DNA of 64,000 bases from Chara braunii (Eukaryota > Plantae > Charophyceae), in contig BFEA01000041.1 of NCBI GenBank assembly GCA_003427395.1, forward strand, positions 4,533,545 through 4,597,544, read 5' to 3'. The position numbers and the translations under genes were made by a program. Under the pieces are notes generated by a model. That model was not told the DNA's origin. It was given only the letters and a program-made list of their open reading frames with translations, and searched no databases. This document shows positions 61,292 through 64,000 of the stretch, piece after piece; within the stretch, counting starts at the first letter, position 1, and the number at the start of each line of letters is the position of its first letter.

Positions 61292-63072
61292 TGTGACGAA
61301 CCAATTTCTGTTCCGTGTGATTTTCTGCGCGATAACAATTAGGGGTCCTAAGATGGGAAGGTTGGTCCAATTACGGGAAATCAGGATCGAAGGGAAATTG
61401 CATCGGTGTCCTCGCTTCTTCGTCTTCTTGCGTCGCTTCTTTTCGGATGGATGGGTTCAGGGCTGGGCAAGTCCTCGGATGATCGGTTGAGGGGCGCGCC
61501 AATGTGCGCGCGAGTAATAATGATTGACGTCGTCTCTTTTTGTTTTGGCTGTCGGAATTTAGGCGCGGAGATCGCGTGGGAACTTTGCTTCGTTCTTTTC
61601 AATTTTCTTTTAAATTCCTTTTGAATCTTGTCGAGCCTTGACGACTCTCAAAACTTACGATTTTCTTCCCGGAATTTGTGTTTTTTGCGTTTTCGCATTA
61701 GATAGGAATTTTGGAATTTGGAATTTAGGATTTCCTTTTGCCACGCAATGCCTTCTGCTTGCGCGCTTCTTTTTGCGGCTGCAATGGAGCTTTGATTAGT
61801 CGGCGTCCTTAATCTTGCAAGTAAACGTAATTTTGGGCAGACGTCATTGTAACTGTATCTTTCTTCTTGAGCTTCGTCTTAACCTCTCTCGCTTTTTCCC
61901 TTTTGTTGTGCCTAGTTAGCCCGCGACCTGCATGCTCGGATCGATGCATGGAGAGTGGCTACGTCCCCCATGTCGCGGTCTGGTCATGCAAGACGTAGGC
62001 GCTCCCTCTCCTAATCTCCTTTCTAATTCTTTGCAATTCCATGTTCTTCGTGCTTGCATGCACGCTATAATTTTCGGTTGCGCGATTAGATAGTTCCCTT
62101 AACCAGTTGCTGGAAGCTCGCGGTAGCGCGATCAGTGAGGGTCGGCTCACGAGCGAAGTAAGGGGTAAGTTGAAGTGGGAGTCGGGCGACCCGACGAGCT
62201 GGTGCCGAATGCGCGGGGTTGACGCGTGGGGCTACGACGGACTGTAACGAGCGGGCGAACCTGACGAGTGCAGAAGGACTAAACGGGGTGACGACTTCGT
62301 GGGTTGTGGTGCGTAACCACGGACTGTCCGAATCGGAGAGAGAGGAAGAGGAAGAGAGAGCTGAGGTTGACGGGCGTGGATTTGCAATTTTCTTTGTCAT
62401 TTCCTTTAGTTTGTATCTAAGTTTTGATTTTGGCTCGAGCGATTCGCTGTCATTTCCCTTCGGCATCTTTGTTTCAATACGGGTCCTTGTATGATGTCTC
62501 GTTCTGTCTCGATCCTCCCTCTTTGGTGTGCATGAGACGAACTAGCTCCGATGGAATAATATGTTTGTCGAATTTGCCTAGTCATCATCGTCGTTTTTTC
62601 ACAGTGATCCGCTGATTGGTGTGATATGAGTTCTGATTGTTGTTGCAATGTCTGGTGTGTGCTGACACCTTGCATGCTCGAAAATGACTACTGAATGATT
62701 AGATGATTGGATAGTATCTAGGATACGTGATGATTTTGCATGACGGATTAAGTTCTCATTTAGGCAGCCAACAGGTTTGGGTGACCTCGTGTGGATACGT
62801 GTAAGCGCGATCCGAAGCGCGCGGCCCACACATATCCACGCGCAGCGAGTCACGATCGTAGCGAACCTGGCACCTCTGGTATCAGGATAGGCGAGGAATT
62901 CCCCACTATGTCGCAATGACAAGATGTCGAATACATGGGACTCAGGGTACTTCGAGCCCTGGGAAGAAGAAGAATACCCTGCCTGATCGAGAACTGATTG
63001 TGCCCCAGGGAGTTCCACTGCGCCGTAACCAGTTATCCGAGGTGCCCCGATTACCCGACTACGTATAACACG
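61292..63072 (+). repeat. 3' LTR of element B, truncated or interrupted
   Basis: Colinear with 50859-52616 with substitutions and indels. Similarity stops abruptly after ..cgtataacacg. Confidence 0.92.
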
Positions 63073-63073
63073 T

Positions 63074-64000
63074 TGTCGGATCAAACACCCTTACAAGGGT
63101 ATTTGCTCATGATTTTGCATTCGATACAGTATCGACGCCAGTTGTCATATCAAGGACGGTCTGGAGTAAAAAGTGAGAATTTTTTTGGCGTCCCGCCGTG
63201 AAGCAAACTTCTCGACCATTGAGGCCGAGATTTCTAGGTGATCGTACGCAGTAATACAGTGCATACGACAACAGGTAAGGGTTAGTAAAAAACCAAAAGT
63301 CTTCGGCCGCGAGGGCCGGAGGGTTGGAAGAAAAACAAGAAAGGTCGCACGAGGTGCGCCGACCACAATCTAAAACCATTAAAGGATCAGGCGGTAAGGC
63401 AAAAATGAATTAGGATGAGTGACGAGGCGTCGGACCGGCAGGTATGAGAAAATCAGCAAGTCGCGCCGCCGTAAAATCTAAAAGACGATTGAGAAATTAA
63501 TGTAACCCTGGCCATGCAGTTGGGACAGCCAAAAGAAACACACTACCTACCATAATAGGTAATGACAGTCAATACCGTTGTCCTTACTCAAATGCCGTGA
63601 GCGGGGTTGAGACTCCAACTCTGTCTCCCGTATGTGGTGAGGAAGTCAGCCCGAGTGGCGACTTCATGTTCGCTCGACCCCAAAACAACTAGTGTTTTCA
63701 TCCCTTTACAAAGGGAGACACCGCTGCAAACTCTGACATCATCCGCACCGGGTCTAGAGTCAGGTTACTTGAACGGGTATCCGCCTATCTACCGGTGTCG
63801 AACCTATAAAGAATGCCAATGTTTGTTTTCTTCTGCTCAGCCTTGAGTACCCGACACGTCTACCCCTACTTAGTGTGGTACCGGCTTACCCGCCATTTGT
63901 GTGCTTTCCCCGCCGCAACCCTTAATGACGTGGCTATAGGTAAGTACCGGTCATTCGGGCCTTTTGGTCANTTTGTGTGCTTTCCCCGCCGCAACCCTTA
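63074..64000 (+). mobile_element. Unclassified repeat interrupting the 3' LTR of element B
   Basis: Begins TGTCGG..ACCCTTACAAGGGTAT, also seen at 34051-34095. Short internal duplication (tttgtgtgctttccccgccgcaaccctta) at 63896 and 63972. Confidence 0.5.

Larger units (their letters stand above)
50859..63072 (+). mobile_element. Ty3/Gypsy LTR retrotransposon B, near full length, decayed
   Basis: Long direct repeats starting TGTGACGAACC at 50859 and 61292, a PBS, gag-PR-RT-RH, a PHD-integrase and accessory ORFs. Confidence 0.95.

Overview
Eukaryotic, repeat-saturated DNA with four N gaps and no intact host gene that I can support. The repeat content suggests a large plant or streptophyte-algal genome such as Chara (inference only). 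Two diverged, decayed Ty3/Gypsy LTR retrotransposons dominate: element A (6013-~13290, internally deleted) and element B (50859-63072, near full length). There is also a related LTR relic on the minus strand, an L1/Tx1-like LINE (24.8-32.2 kb) with several LINE fragments, tRNA-derived SINEs, TTAA- and TNA-flanked MITEs, and microsatellites. The main discovery comes from comparing A with B, which share an unusual architecture. (1) The integrase is a separate ORF with an N-terminal C4HC3 PHD finger. (2) Three conserved accessory ORFs of unknown function follow it. (3) The ORFs are chained by overlapping ATGA stop/start junctions, like an operon or a virus using termination-reinitiation. (4) A small Cys-containing protein is conserved inside the LTR. 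(5) A conserved CGTCACA-(TA)n-TGTGACG palindrome replaces the polypurine tract before the 3' LTR. Secondary findings are a covariation-supported double hairpin at LINE 3' ends, an extra (possibly Nudix-like) domain before the LINE endonuclease, and a SINE head with a GGC anticodon. All alignments were done by eye.
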